Shown here: piece by piece, positions 41,384-51,528 of the stretch
Position numbering within the stretch: position 1 is the first letter of the stretch
How the letters are laid out: every line of letters starts with the position of its first letter
Assembly: GCA_964386905.1 (NCBI GenBank)
Contig: CAYLUP010000002.1
Coordinates: forward strand, 128,522 to 192,521
Length of the DNA: 64,000 bases
Reading direction: 5' to 3'
DNA from: an uncultured Candidatus Saccharibacteria bacterium
Lineage (GTDB): Bacteria; Patescibacteriota; Minisyncoccia; Phycocordibacterales; UBA6899
Notes under the pieces: model-generated
Told to the model about the DNA's origin: nothing
Databases searched by the model: none
What the model saw: only the letters and a program-made list of their open reading frames with translations
Program-made: the position numbers and the translations under genes

Positions 41384-43156
41384 ATGGATCATATCTCACA
41401 AATAAAAGCTCGTCTTCCTATTACAGACGTTGTCGGGACATACATCAAGCTTGAACGCGCTGGTGGGAATTTTCGTGCGTTGTGTCCATTCCATAAAGAA
41501 AAAACTCCTTCATTCAATGTCTCGCCCGCGCGCGATGCATACTATTGTTTTGGGTGTGCGAAAGGGGGAGATATTTTTACTTTTGTTCAGGAAATAGAAG
41601 GTATGAGTTTTCCGGAGGCAATGCGTATGCTTGCTGACCGCGCAGGCGTTGTTATCCCAGAGAAAAATACACAGCTCCTTGAGCAGCAAAAAACATTAAG
41701 AGATAAACTTATTGATTTGATGCATGTTGCAAGTGATGTGTTCCAGGCTGAGTATCGAAAACAACCGGAAGTAGCTGCATACCTCCACGGAAGGGGGCTT
41801 ACCGATGAAACAATCTTCCAGTTTGGAATTGGTTTTGCTCCACTGGCATGGAGGAATCTCTATGAGGCATTGCGCGCGAAGGGATTCGGGGATCAACTCA
41901 TTGAACAGGCACGCCTCGTAAAAAAAATTGAAGGAAAGGGGTATTATGACACATTCCGTGGAAGGGTGATGTTCCCTATTTGGGATAGTGCTGGCCGCAT
42001 TGTTGCGTTTACTGGGAGGGTGTTTGGTGATCAGAAGGCGCCAGATGGGACACCTGTTGCAAAGTATTTGAATTCACCAGAAGGAGAGCTCTACCATAAA
42101 TCCCGTATCCTCTTTGGTTATCATTTCGCCAAAGTCCCTATTCGAAAAGCAGATCAAGTTATTGTTGTTGAAGGACAAATGGATTGCATCATGTCTCATC
42201 AGGCTGGATACGCGCATACTGTCGCGATATCAGGAACAGCACTCACTATTGAACAATTGGATCTCTTGAAGCGTCTCACAAACAACATTACATTTGCGTT
42301 AGATGCCGATTCGGCTGGGATAATAGCGACATTGCGTAGCGCTAGGCTTGCTCTTGCAGAAGGTATGGTTGTGCGTGTAGCAGCAATCCCTGATGGAAAA
42401 GACCCTGCAGATTTCATTGCGGCGCACCCCAAAGCATGGGGGGACGTACTCAATCGTTCTGAAACTATCGTTCCATACGTATTGAAGCAGTATGTCAAAC
42501 AAGGTCTGACAAAAGATTCCCTCCGGGAGAAAATTTTGAAAGATGTTTTTCCTCTTATTGCTGTGTATCCAAGCAAGATCGCTCAAGCGCAAGCTGTATC
42601 AGAAGTAGCCCGCCTTCTGAATGTACGAGAAGAAGTGGTGTTTGAGGATCTCAAAATAGCTCTGGCGCAGGCAGAACATACTGCTATAGAGCAACTCCAA
42701 AACGCATCTTCGTCAACACTTGAGGAGCGTACCCCAACAGTGGTAGGATCGGAATTGAAGCATTTTGAAGAGGATCTTTGCGCAATTCTTTCTTGGCAGG
42801 GGGCACTTTCTCAACAACGTGTTTCCGTTGAAGAGATGCAGGAAAAGTATGTGCAACTGTGTATAGAATTCGGAAGAACGCCATTGGTATTGACTCCAGA
42901 AATGCAGAATCAGTATTGCATCATTGCAGAAACAAAATATGCAGATATTGAGCATATTCAAGATATTATCGATGAACTGTTTGATCGTATAGAGCGAACC
43001 TGGGTAAAAGCTCAGCAGGAGTCACTCGTCAGTACTATTCGGGAGCGTGAGCAAAAAGGAGAAGATGTGTCTCTATTGATACGCGAATATGGGGCACTCA
43101 CTCCAAGAATTATTCAAATTGAGGATCGTATGAGGGCGAGAAGCGTTATATTGTAA
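41384..43156 (+). CDS. dnaG: DNA primase DnaG
   Basis: The CHC2 zinc finger '[11 protein letters not shown]...CFGC', a Toprim domain, and the start at 'MDHISQIK' are present. Confidence 0.9.
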   Translation: MDHISQIKARLPITDVVGTYIKLERAGGNFRALCPFHKEKTPSFNVSPARDAYYCFGCAKGGDIFTFVQEIEGMSFPEAMRMLADRAGVVIPEKNTQLLEQQKTLRDKLIDLMHVASDVFQAEYRKQPEVAAYLHGRGLTDETIFQFGIGFAPLAWRNLYEALRAKGFGDQLIEQARLVKKIEGKGYYDTFRGRVMFPIWDSAGRIVAFTGRVFGDQKAPDGTPVAKYLNSPEGELYHKSRILFGYHFAKVPIRKADQVIVVEGQMDCIMSHQAGYAHTVAISGTALTIEQLDLLKRLTNNITFALDADSAGIIATLRSARLALAEGMVVRVAAIPDGKDPADFIAAHPKAWGDVLNRSETIVPYVLKQYVKQGLTKDSLREKILKDVFPLIAVYPSKIAQAQAVSEVARLLNVREEVVFEDLKIALAQAEHTAIEQLQNASSSTLEERTPTVVGSELKHFEEDLCAILSWQGALSQQRVSVEEMQEKYVQLCIEFGRTPLVLTPEMQNQYCIIAETKYADIEHIQDIIDELFDRIERTWVKAQQESLVSTIREREQKGEDVSLLIREYGALTPRIIQIEDRMRARSVIL

Positions 43157-43164
43157 AACTCATT

Positions 43165-44529
43165 ATGGCAACTGTAAAAAAAGGAACAAAAACAACGAAA
43201 AAGCCTCAGTTGAAGAAGGCTGTGTTAAAGAAACCTACATCAAAGAAGGTTACGAAAAAAAAGATTATCGTGAAAAAACCTGCATTGAAAAAAAATATTG
43301 CAAAGAAGGTTGTATCAAAAAAACCTGTTGCGAAAAAGGTGGCAGCAAAAAAAGTTGTTGTGAAAAAAGTGGTTTCAAAAAAAATAACACCGCAGAAAAA
43401 AACGTCAGCAGTTAAGCTTCCGAAGGTAAAACTTGCACCCCCACCACCAAAAACCACTGATAAGGCACGCAAGCACCTTGAAGACAAATTGTCACATCTG
43501 GTTCAGCGTGGTCGGGAGCGTGGTTTTGTGACCTATGATGAGATCCTTCGCACATACCCAGAGATTGAAACAAATGTAGACTTTCTCGATGATGTATATG
43601 AGCGCTTCTCTCAACTTGGCATTGATATTATTGAATCGGGTGGTTTGCTTGATGTCCACACAGAGGATGAGCTTGTTTCAAGAAAAATTGGAAAGGGTGC
43701 GGGTGGTGATTCCACACAAATGTACCTTCGTGAAATCGGTCAGTATCCGCTCCTTACTGCAAAGGATGAGCGTGAACTTGCACAACGCATTGCGTCTGGT
43801 GATGAAGAGGCTATGAGCTTGCTTGCACGCGCAAACTTGCGTCTCGTGGTCTCTATCGCAAAGAAGTATGTTGGGCGTTCGCCTGATCTTACGCTTCTTG
43901 ATTTGATTCAAGAGGGAAACCTCGGTCTCTTTCGTGCTGTTGATAAGTTTGATTGGTCTAAGGGTTTCAAATTTAGTACATATGCAACATGGTGGATTCG
44001 ACAGGCAATTACACGTGCACTTGCAGATCAGTCACGCACGATTCGCATCCCTGTGCACATGGTGGAAACGATTGCGAAGTACAAACAAGTGCACCGTCGC
44101 TTGACGCAAGATCTCGGACGTGAGCCAATGGCAGAAGAAATTGCGATGGAAATGGGTCTTGAGGTTGAACGTGTTCGGAATATTCAAAATATTGATCAGG
44201 ATACAGTTTCTCTCGAAAAGCCGATCGGTGATGATGAAGATAAATCTACTCTTGGTGAATTTATAGCGGATGAACGCATATTATCTCCTGATCAGGAAGT
44301 CTCACGACGCATTCTTTCTGAGCAGATTCAGGAGGTTCTTGGCGAGCTTTCTCCGAAGGAGCGAAAAATTCTTGAAATGCGCCACGGCCTTGAGGATGGT
44401 GTACAGCACACTCTTGAAGAAGTTGGAAAGGAATTTGGTGTTACACGCGAGCGTATCCGTCAGATTGAAGCAAAGGCACACGAAAAGATCCGCCAGCATG
44501 AAAATATCAATAAATTAAGAAATTACTAA
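43165..44529 (+). CDS. rpoD: RNA polymerase sigma factor RpoD with a Lys-rich repetitive N-terminal tail
   Basis: Regions 2-4 ('[18 protein letters not shown]', '[15 protein letters not shown]') are present. The N-terminus has about 12 'KKxVxKK' repeats. Confidence 0.92.
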   Translation: MATVKKGTKTTKKPQLKKAVLKKPTSKKVTKKKIIVKKPALKKNIAKKVVSKKPVAKKVAAKKVVVKKVVSKKITPQKKTSAVKLPKVKLAPPPPKTTDKARKHLEDKLSHLVQRGRERGFVTYDEILRTYPEIETNVDFLDDVYERFSQLGIDIIESGGLLDVHTEDELVSRKIGKGAGGDSTQMYLREIGQYPLLTAKDERELAQRIASGDEEAMSLLARANLRLVVSIAKKYVGRSPDLTLLDLIQEGNLGLFRAVDKFDWSKGFKFSTYATWWIRQAITRALADQSRTIRIPVHMVETIAKYKQVHRRLTQDLGREPMAEEIAMEMGLEVERVRNIQNIDQDTVSLEKPIGDDEDKSTLGEFIADERILSPDQEVSRRILSEQIQEVLGELSPKERKILEMRHGLEDGVQHTLEEVGKEFGVTRERIRQIEAKAHEKIRQHENINKLRNY

Positions 44530-44828
44530 AAGAGTATTAGGTGTTGAAAAAAGAGAATAAGAAAAACCAGGCACAGTGTGGCTGGTTTTTTGGTTAACGA
44601 AATAGCGACCCTCGAAAGGGTCGCGGCGAGAACGTGGGGAGCAAGCTCTACACACGTTCTCGTGGAAGGAACAGAGGGCCTACCCGGACAGCACCAGCAA
44701 GGCATCCTCTATATATAACAGTGTACACTAAATTTTATATTTGTCAAGTATATTGAGGTTGCTTGGGATATGCTTTGTAGTGTGGCTTAGAATAGACAGA
44801 AAACAAAAACACCGCAAATAATGTGGTG

Positions 44829-46247
44829 TTAGTGTTTTTGTGCACGAAGATAGAGAAAGAGAGGTATTTCTTTACGTGCTTTGTTTTCAGCTTCTGCGCG
44901 AGGTCCGGAGTCGCTCTTTTTGTGAGAGATCCATTCTTCAAGGCGATCTACAGAAAGGCCAAATTTTGCCAGTTGTTTGAAGTACGTTTGCAGTGGACGG
45001 TGGAATGACAGTGTCTGTGGAGAGTGTATCATTCCTGGGTGCATATCCATTGATACTTTTGCTTCTGACATGTATGCATCGATACGTCGTGCTTGAGTGT
45101 TCTTTTCGTCGACATACTCCCACGATGTTTCTTTTGGGATACGGAAGACAGGATGATTCATAACAATATGAAATGTCCCTTGAGGCTTCAGAATGCGAGA
45201 GACTTCAGAGATCAGCGCATCAAGATGTTCAATGTTTTGGATTGCGAGGACTATGTAAACAATATCAAACGTTGCATCTTGATACTGAGCACAATCTTCA
45301 GCATTTCCAACGGAAAATTTCATTTCTGGAGCACGCTTTTTTGCAATCGCAATAAGATCTTCTCCGAGATCAACTCCTTCAATCTGCGACTGCGGCACAG
45401 CTCTCTGAAGACGTCGGGCGAAAAACCCTTGCCCGCATGCAAGTTCAAGTACCCTTTCGTGTGCCTTCGGTGCAATGAGGCGAAGAAGGTTTGGAAGGAT
45501 AACCGCATTATGATAGGTGTCCTCATTTTGTTCAAGGTGGGCATCATACCATTCTGCAACCTCGCCCCACGATGTTTGAGGTGAGTTTGACTGCGTCTTA
45601 CCTGGTGTTGTTCGAACGTATGCCTTTTGTTTGTTGGGTTTTACGGCGTCCATTGACTCCATCGCTCCGGACATCGCGTGTTCCATATGGTTTTTTGATG
45701 GGGCCTTGCTTGGCTTTTGCGAATCAAAATCTGAAGAGAAATCGCGAGAGACACGTCGAGGTGATTCTTGTGGAAATCTTTCTGTTTTGTCGCCCCCTTG
45801 TCGTTCACGAGAGCGAAAATCATTCCCAAAGGGCTTTCTTGGTCCACGATCACCAAAAGATTTCCTATCGCCAAACGATGGTCTGTCTCCAAAAGATTTT
45901 CGAGGCCCACGATCGCCGAATGATAGACGATCACCGAATGGTTTTCGGTCACCAAAAGATTTTCTTGGACCACGGTCTCCAAAAGAAGGCCTGTCAGTGA
46001 AAGATTTTCGAGGCCCACGATTGCCGAATGATGGACGATCACCGAATGGGTTTCGGACACCAAAAGAGTGTCTATCGTCAAGCGATTTTCTTGGTCCGCG
46101 ATCCTCAAATGATGTTTTGTTGCTAAAGGGCTTTCTTTCTCCAAAAGACTTTTTAGTGCCAAAGGAGCTACGGTCACCGGAAAGCTTTCTTCCGAAGCCT
46201 CCGCGAGGGGAGGGAGAATATGGTGTCATATCGGGAAATTGTAACAT
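44829..46247 (-). CDS. Class I SAM-dependent methyltransferase with an N-terminal R/G/F/D-rich tandem-repeat tail
   Basis: The C-terminal 'VLELACGQGFF' is motif I. The N-terminus has about 12 repeats of 'FGDRGPRKSFGDR[KP]SFGDR'. Confidence 0.7.
   Translation of the reverse strand: MLQFPDMTPYSPSPRGGFGRKLSGDRSSFGTKKSFGERKPFSNKTSFEDRGPRKSLDDRHSFGVRNPFGDRPSFGNRGPRKSFTDRPSFGDRGPRKSFGDRKPFGDRLSFGDRGPRKSFGDRPSFGDRKSFGDRGPRKPFGNDFRSRERQGGDKTERFPQESPRRVSRDFSSDFDSQKPSKAPSKNHMEHAMSGAMESMDAVKPNKQKAYVRTTPGKTQSNSPQTSWGEVAEWYDAHLEQNEDTYHNAVILPNLLRLIAPKAHERVLELACGQGFFARRLQRAVPQSQIEGVDLGEDLIAIAKKRAPEMKFSVGNAEDCAQYQDATFDIVYIVLAIQNIEHLDALISEVSRILKPQGTFHIVMNHPVFRIPKETSWEYVDEKNTQARRIDAYMSEAKVSMDMHPGMIHSPQTLSFHRPLQTYFKQLAKFGLSVDRLEEWISHKKSDSGPRAEAENKARKEIPLFLYLRAQKH
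45740..46190. repeat. Tandem 21/42-nt coding repeats encoding the FGDR/RGPRKS motif array
   Basis: Visible periodicity of 'ccaaaagattttc...cgaatgat...' units at the DNA level. Confidence 0.6.
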
Positions 46248-46361
46248 TGAAACTGAAAAATGTAAAGTATTGTTTTAAACGGTGCTCGTCGCCTTGCAAA
46301 ATATACAAACGCGTGATATAATTTCCTCACTTCGCGCTAGAGCGCTTTTATTTTTTACATT

Positions 46362-48146
46362 ATGGATATTCGAAATATCGCTATCATCGCACACGTCGAC
46401 CACGGTAAAACAACACTTACCGATGCCTTGATGCGTCAAACAGGAATGTTTGAAGAGGGTGAATCAATGGATTCAAATTCACTCGAGAAAGAACGAGGGA
46501 TTACCATTTACTCAAAAAACACCGCTGCGTACTATAAGGACACAAAAATTAACATCGTTGATACGCCGGGACACGCAGATTTTGGTTCAGAAGTTGAGCG
46601 TGTTTTGCGGTCCATCGACTGCGTGCTTCTTGTTGTTGATGCACAAGAGGGGCCTATGCCGCAAACGCGTTTTGTGCTCAAAAAGTCGCTCGAACTCGGA
46701 TTGAAACCGATTGTGGTGATTAATAAAGTAGATAAGCCTGCTGCTGACCCGCATCGTGTCGAGGAAGAAGTCCTTGAACTTTTTATGGACCTCGGTGCAA
46801 CACAGGAACAAATGAATTTTCCTGTCTGTTACGCTATCGGTCGTGAAGGTGTTGCAATGCGCACGCTTGACGATGAGAGAAAAGATCTGACCCCGCTTCT
46901 TGATATGGTATTGGAGCATGTTCCTGTTGCAAATGGAAACATTGAGGCACCATTTCGCGCACAGCCTTTCAATCTTGCATATGATAATTACCTTGGCCGC
47001 CTTGCTGTCGTCCGTATTGTGGATGGCGTAGTTAAGGATGCAGATCAGGTTGTTGTTGTGAATGATGGTGTTGTTCGTAAGGCAAAGATTACTAAGATGT
47101 TTGCCTTTCGAGGCATTAAGCGCGTTGAGGTTACAGAACTTGTTTCTGGTGATATTGGTATTATTGCGGGTATCCCAGACATCTTTATTGGAGAGACTAT
47201 CGCACATTCTAGCGATATTGTTCCTCTCCCAATGATTACTGTTGATGAGCCAACCATCGAACTGAACTTTCTGGTAAATAATTCACCATTTGCAGGTCGT
47301 GAGGGAAAGTACGTTACTGGCCGACAGATTCGAGAGCGACTCGAGAAGGAACTTGAAGTTAATGTCGGTTTGCGTGTCGATTTTGAGTCTGCGTCTGGTG
47401 AATCATTTCGTGTCGCTGGCCGCGGTGAGTTGCATATCGCAATTTTGCTCGAGAACATGCGTCGCGAGGGATTCGAGGTGCAAATATCACAGCCACACGT
47501 GATCGTCAAAGATGTTGATGGAGTAAAGAGTGAGCCTTTTGAGGAGGTGACTATCGATGTTCCTTCAGAGTCTCAGGGTGCAGTCATTGCTCGTCTTGGT
47601 GAGCGTGGTGCGATTATGACCCATATGGTGCAACACGACAATATGGTTCGTATGGTGTTCGAGGGACCAACGCGAGGTCTTCTTGGTTACCGCATGCAGT
47701 TTGTTGTTGATACTCGTGGAGAGGGTATTATGGCATCACGTGTTATTGGTTTCCGACCATGGGCTGGTGAGATTAACCACAAGAATGCGGGTGCAATGAT
47801 TTCAATGGAATCTGGAAAAGCTCTTGCATTTTCATTGTGGAATCTGCAAGAGCGGGGTCAGATCTATATCTCTCCAACTACAGAAGTGTATGAGGGAATG
47901 ATTATCGGAAACACAAGCAAGGGTGAACAAATGCTTGTGAATCCGACAAAGGGTAAGCAGCTGACAAATATGCGCGCTTCTGGTTCAGATGAGGCAATCA
48001 ATCTTGTCCCGCCAATTATTATTGGCATCGAAAATGGTATGGAAATAATGGATGATGACGAATTTTTGGAAATTACACCAAAGTCTATTCGGCTCCGTAA
48101 AAAACTTTTAACTGAAACCGAGCGTTCACGCGCAAAACGAAAATAA
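46362..48146 (+). CDS. typA: Translational GTPase TypA/BipA
   Basis: 'IAIIAHVDHGKTTL' and the 594-aa length fit. Confidence 0.93.
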   Translation: MDIRNIAIIAHVDHGKTTLTDALMRQTGMFEEGESMDSNSLEKERGITIYSKNTAAYYKDTKINIVDTPGHADFGSEVERVLRSIDCVLLVVDAQEGPMPQTRFVLKKSLELGLKPIVVINKVDKPAADPHRVEEEVLELFMDLGATQEQMNFPVCYAIGREGVAMRTLDDERKDLTPLLDMVLEHVPVANGNIEAPFRAQPFNLAYDNYLGRLAVVRIVDGVVKDADQVVVVNDGVVRKAKITKMFAFRGIKRVEVTELVSGDIGIIAGIPDIFIGETIAHSSDIVPLPMITVDEPTIELNFLVNNSPFAGREGKYVTGRQIRERLEKELEVNVGLRVDFESASGESFRVAGRGELHIAILLENMRREGFEVQISQPHVIVKDVDGVKSEPFEEVTIDVPSESQGAVIARLGERGAIMTHMVQHDNMVRMVFEGPTRGLLGYRMQFVVDTRGEGIMASRVIGFRPWAGEINHKNAGAMISMESGKALAFSLWNLQERGQIYISPTTEVYEGMIIGNTSKGEQMLVNPTKGKQLTNMRASGSDEAINLVPPIIIGIENGMEIMDDDEFLEITPKSIRLRKKLLTETERSRAKRK

Positions 48147-48180
48147 AAAATATCGCACAGATGATGTGCGATATTTTTTA
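48146..48180. terminator. Bidirectional terminator between typA and the response regulator (ATATCGCACA-GATGA-TGTGCGATAT)
   Basis: A perfect 10-bp stem flanked by A-runs and T-runs. Confidence 0.65.
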
Positions 48181-48855
48181 TCGTTGTGTACTGAGTTTGT
48201 ACCCATATTTGGGAACAGTGTGGATGAGCTTGTTCTGTCCCGGAAAATCAATTTTTCTTCGGAGCGATAATATGTGTGCTTCTATTGTATTTGAGAGGGG
48301 GTCGATTTGCATTCCCCAGACATGCTCTAAGAGGTCTGATCGGGGAACAGCCTTGTCCTTGTTTCGAAGCAAGAAAAGAAGAAGGGAAAATTCCTTTTTT
48401 GTGAGAGTTACTTCTTTCCCATCACGAGTAACGAGATGGTTTTTGGGATGTATAGACAATGTATCGATAAAGAGTTCGCCGGTATGTGCTGCGTCCTTTG
48501 TTAACAATTGTTGTGCTTCACGTGTGAGTTGTTGAAAAGGGAAGGGCTTAAAAAGAACATGTTCAAGGTTGAGTTTCCTCATGTCTTCTTCTGTTTGTTT
48601 TGCTGAGTGTTCTGAGAGTATAAGAATTTTTGCATCCGGTCGATCTTTTCGAATTGTCCGAATGAGATCTGTGGCATCTTGGGAAGGGAATACACGATCG
48701 AGAATGATAAGCTTCCAGTCTTCTGCGCTTAAAAAACGAGCAACAGCATGTACTGAAGTTGTTGTGATATGAAAACCATCTTCCTCGAGTGTCCGATGGA
48801 TGTACGGCGCAAGCGGACTATGGTCTTCGATGAGAAGAATATGTATGCTACGCAT
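48178..48855 (-). CDS. OmpR-family response regulator (receiver domain plus winged-helix DNA-binding domain)
   Basis: 'ILLIEDH', 'LIILD' and the C-terminal 'LTKKEFSLLLFL...GYKL' are present. No histidine kinase is adjacent. Confidence 0.85.
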   Translation of the reverse strand: MRSIHILLIEDHSPLAPYIHRTLEEDGFHITTTSVHAVARFLSAEDWKLIILDRVFPSQDATDLIRTIRKDRPDAKILILSEHSAKQTEEDMRKLNLEHVLFKPFPFQQLTREAQQLLTKDAAHTGELFIDTLSIHPKNHLVTRDGKEVTLTKKEFSLLLFLLRNKDKAVPRSDLLEHVWGMQIDPLSNTIEAHILSLRRKIDFPGQNKLIHTVPKYGYKLSTQR

Positions 48856-49031
48856 ACTGTAAGGATAGCACTCTGGAGATGAAATGCTAGGAAGTTTATA
48901 GTTGTCCGTGACGCTACTTCAAAAAAAGCTTGATATATATAAATAATTAATGATTTGACAACACACAAACAATATTTCTTTATTTTCTTTATCTTTCTCT
49001 CATCGCATTCCGTATATGTTATGCTTTTTGT

Positions 49032-50138
49032 ATGGAACCGCTCGCACACACGCTTCGCCCCAAAACGCTCGACGATTTTGTTGGTCAACATCATCTTGTT
49101 GGAAAAGGAAAGCCGATTGCCGTTGCCATCGAGCAGAAGAAAATATTTTCATTTATTCTGTGGGGGCCTCCGGGTGTAGGAAAAACAACGCTTGCACGTA
49201 TTTATGCTTCATGTCTTGACGCTGATATTTTTGAGCTCTCAGCTGTTGCTGCGGGCAAGGCAGATGTTGCCAAGATAGTTGACATCCAATCCAAGAAAAA
49301 GAAAATTCTTTTTCTTGATGAAATTCATCGCTTCAATAAGGCACAACAAGATTTTCTTTTGCCATATGTTGAGAGTGGTGCTCTTTTTCTCATCGGTGCA
49401 ACAACAGAGAACCCATCGTTTGAAGTAAATAAGGCGCTCCTTTCCCGATGTCGCGTGTTCATCCTTGAACAGCTTGGCGCAGAAGACCTCGAGTCAATTA
49501 TTAAACGAACCCATGTGCCATACACTGACGAAGTGTTACCATTTCTTCTTCGGGCATCTTCTGGAGATGCGCGGCAATTGCTCTCGATAATTGATGCAAC
49601 AGTATCATTGTATGGAACACTTACTCTTCAGGCAGTAAAAGATACTGTATCGTCACTCCACATTGCTTACGATAAAGATGGAGAAGAACATTATAATCTT
49701 ATCTCCGCATTGATTAAAAGCATGCGTGCGAGCCAAGAGGATGCTGCGTTGTATTATCTCGCACGTCTGGTTGCTGGTGGTGAGGACCCGCTGTTTATTG
49801 CACGAAGACTTGTAATTTTTGCTAGTGAAGATGTTGGGAACGCACAGCCAACAGCTTTGGTCGTTGCGAATGCAGTTTTTGATGCATGCAAATCTGTTGG
49901 ATACCCTGAGTGCGGTATTTCCCTAGCTCATGCGGTAAGCCATCTCTCGCGAGCAAAGAAAGATCGTGGAGCATATGATGCATGGAGAAGGGCTGAACAC
50001 CAAGTTTCTGTCCACGGAAAGCTGCCCGTCCCTCTTAAGCTAAGGAATGCACCGACAAAACTCATGAAAGAGCTCGGGTACGGAGATGGGTATGATATGT
50101 ACGACGCAAGGTCATTCCTCCCAGAAGAACTTCAATAA
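49032..50138 (+). CDS. rarA: Replication-associated recombination protein A (RarA/MgsA AAA+ ATPase)
   Basis: 'LWGPPGVGKTTLARI', 'FLDEIHRFNKAQQD' and 'IGATTENPSF' are present. Confidence 0.85.
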   Translation: MEPLAHTLRPKTLDDFVGQHHLVGKGKPIAVAIEQKKIFSFILWGPPGVGKTTLARIYASCLDADIFELSAVAAGKADVAKIVDIQSKKKKILFLDEIHRFNKAQQDFLLPYVESGALFLIGATTENPSFEVNKALLSRCRVFILEQLGAEDLESIIKRTHVPYTDEVLPFLLRASSGDARQLLSIIDATVSLYGTLTLQAVKDTVSSLHIAYDKDGEEHYNLISALIKSMRASQEDAALYYLARLVAGGEDPLFIARRLVIFASEDVGNAQPTALVVANAVFDACKSVGYPECGISLAHAVSHLSRAKKDRGAYDAWRRAEHQVSVHGKLPVPLKLRNAPTKLMKELGYGDGYDMYDARSFLPEELQ

Positions 50139-50255
50139 TAGGGCTTTAAATAGCCATATTATTGAAGTTTTTGTATTGTTGTGTTATGTCACAAAACCTC
50201 ACGATGTCTGTTATATAGGTGAACATAGGATGAATCAGGCGCCTGAACGATAAAA

Positions 50256-50816
50256 ATGGTGTATAATGAAGAAATGGACTTCGAGCAATTAGTTCTACGT
50301 GCAAAAAACGGAGACAATGGCGCGAAAGCAATCCTTTATGAGGAATATGCTACGCCTTTGTATCGTTTCGTGTACGTACGAATTACCGATAAGACCGAAG
50401 CTGATGACATCGTTCAGGATACGTTTATCCGCGCTTTTTCTGCACTTGATCGTTACGAAAGTCAGGGTAAAGGAATGCTTCCGTACCTTTTCACAATTGC
50501 TCGAAACTTGATTATCAATCGAGCAAAAAAGAAAAAAACAGACACAATTGACGTTGATTTCTTGAATGCACATGACAGTGGAGATCGGGCTGATGCTGAA
50601 GCATTACACCAGGACATTCGTGAAGACCTCTTACGAGCGATGGAATCTCTCTCTGATATGGAAAAAGAAATAGTTGCTCTTCGCTTTTATGGAGAGCAAA
50701 CATATACAGAGATTGCCGAGGCTCTAGGAAAAAGAGAAGATGCTGTGCGGCAACATATTGCTCGTGCAATAAAAAAAATGCGTCACGCACTTACGGAACA
50801 GGCTTATGAAAAATAA
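50256..50816 (+). CDS. ECF-type RNA polymerase sigma factor
   Basis: Sigma70 region 2 ('DDIVQDTFIRAF') and region 4 ('EKEIVALRFYGEQTYTEIAEALG') are present. Confidence 0.88.
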   Translation: MVYNEEMDFEQLVLRAKNGDNGAKAILYEEYATPLYRFVYVRITDKTEADDIVQDTFIRAFSALDRYESQGKGMLPYLFTIARNLIINRAKKKKTDTIDVDFLNAHDSGDRADAEALHQDIREDLLRAMESLSDMEKEIVALRFYGEQTYTEIAEALGKREDAVRQHIARAIKKMRHALTEQAYEK

Positions 50817-51528
50817 ACACATCACACAACTTGATGAAGAGATGATCATCTCACTCGTTGACGCATATGACCAATGTGTGGATTTTTCTGCTGCGATTAT
50901 TTCTGCTGCAGTTCCTGATGATGCGATTAGTGACGCGCGTGCGTATTGGGATATGCTTGATCGTCAAAAGAATTTTGTTTCGACATTGAAACCAAAAAAC
51001 ACCCTTCTTGATGAAGTTCTTGCTCACCCAACAGTCTTTCGATCGGGAGAACTTCTTCAGCATTCAGCGCCTTCTCCTTACATGAAATATATTATCGCAT
51101 TTGCCGCTCCTGTCGCAGTTGCGGTTCTTGTTGTTGGAGCTATTGTGAGAACATCTCATCCTATCCAATTTTCTTCTCGCGTACAGTCAAATCACACTGA
51201 CACTACAGAAATTTCCTCTTTTGTTGCACGCGACATGAATATAGTCGACTCACCAGAGGTTACTGTACCTGCGCCTGCACTTGCGAAAATGTCTTCACCA
51301 GTAGCTGGTGCTGCACCAGAGGCTCGCATGATGATGGCAACTTTTGTAGAGGATGTACCTTTATCGAGTGACCCAAATCAGCTTTTTGCTATGTTGCAGA
51401 GTGCTGGTACAAAAGAATCACAATCCGATGCTGTTGTTGATGACGTTTATGAAGCACGTTTGTCTGAACTTGATACCATTGTTACAAGCCCAGAAACACT
51501 TATTGACGCGTATGTCCAAATTCCGTAA
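50806..51528 (+). CDS. Putative anti-sigma factor (single TM), translationally coupled to the ECF sigma gene
   Basis: It overlaps the sigma gene stop, and the TM helix 'YIIAFAAPVAVAVLVVGAIV' is present. Confidence 0.5.
   Translation: MKNKHITQLDEEMIISLVDAYDQCVDFSAAIISAAVPDDAISDARAYWDMLDRQKNFVSTLKPKNTLLDEVLAHPTVFRSGELLQHSAPSPYMKYIIAFAAPVAVAVLVVGAIVRTSHPIQFSSRVQSNHTDTTEISSFVARDMNIVDSPEVTVPAPALAKMSSPVAGAAPEARMMMATFVEDVPLSSDPNQLFAMLQSAGTKESQSDAVVDDVYEARLSELDTIVTSPETLIDAYVQIP

Noticed and set aside
44596-44715. SRP RNA, on the basis of 'GGAAGGAACAG' resembling helix-8 'GGAAGGAAGCAG'
   Set aside because: The flanking sequence does not form the required closing pairs or loops, so it is reported only as a hairpin cluster.
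51353-51511. Upstream part of track ORF 51353..52357
   Set aside because: It overlaps the anti-sigma candidate in another frame. The start was moved to the Met at 51512, which begins a signal-peptide-like segment.
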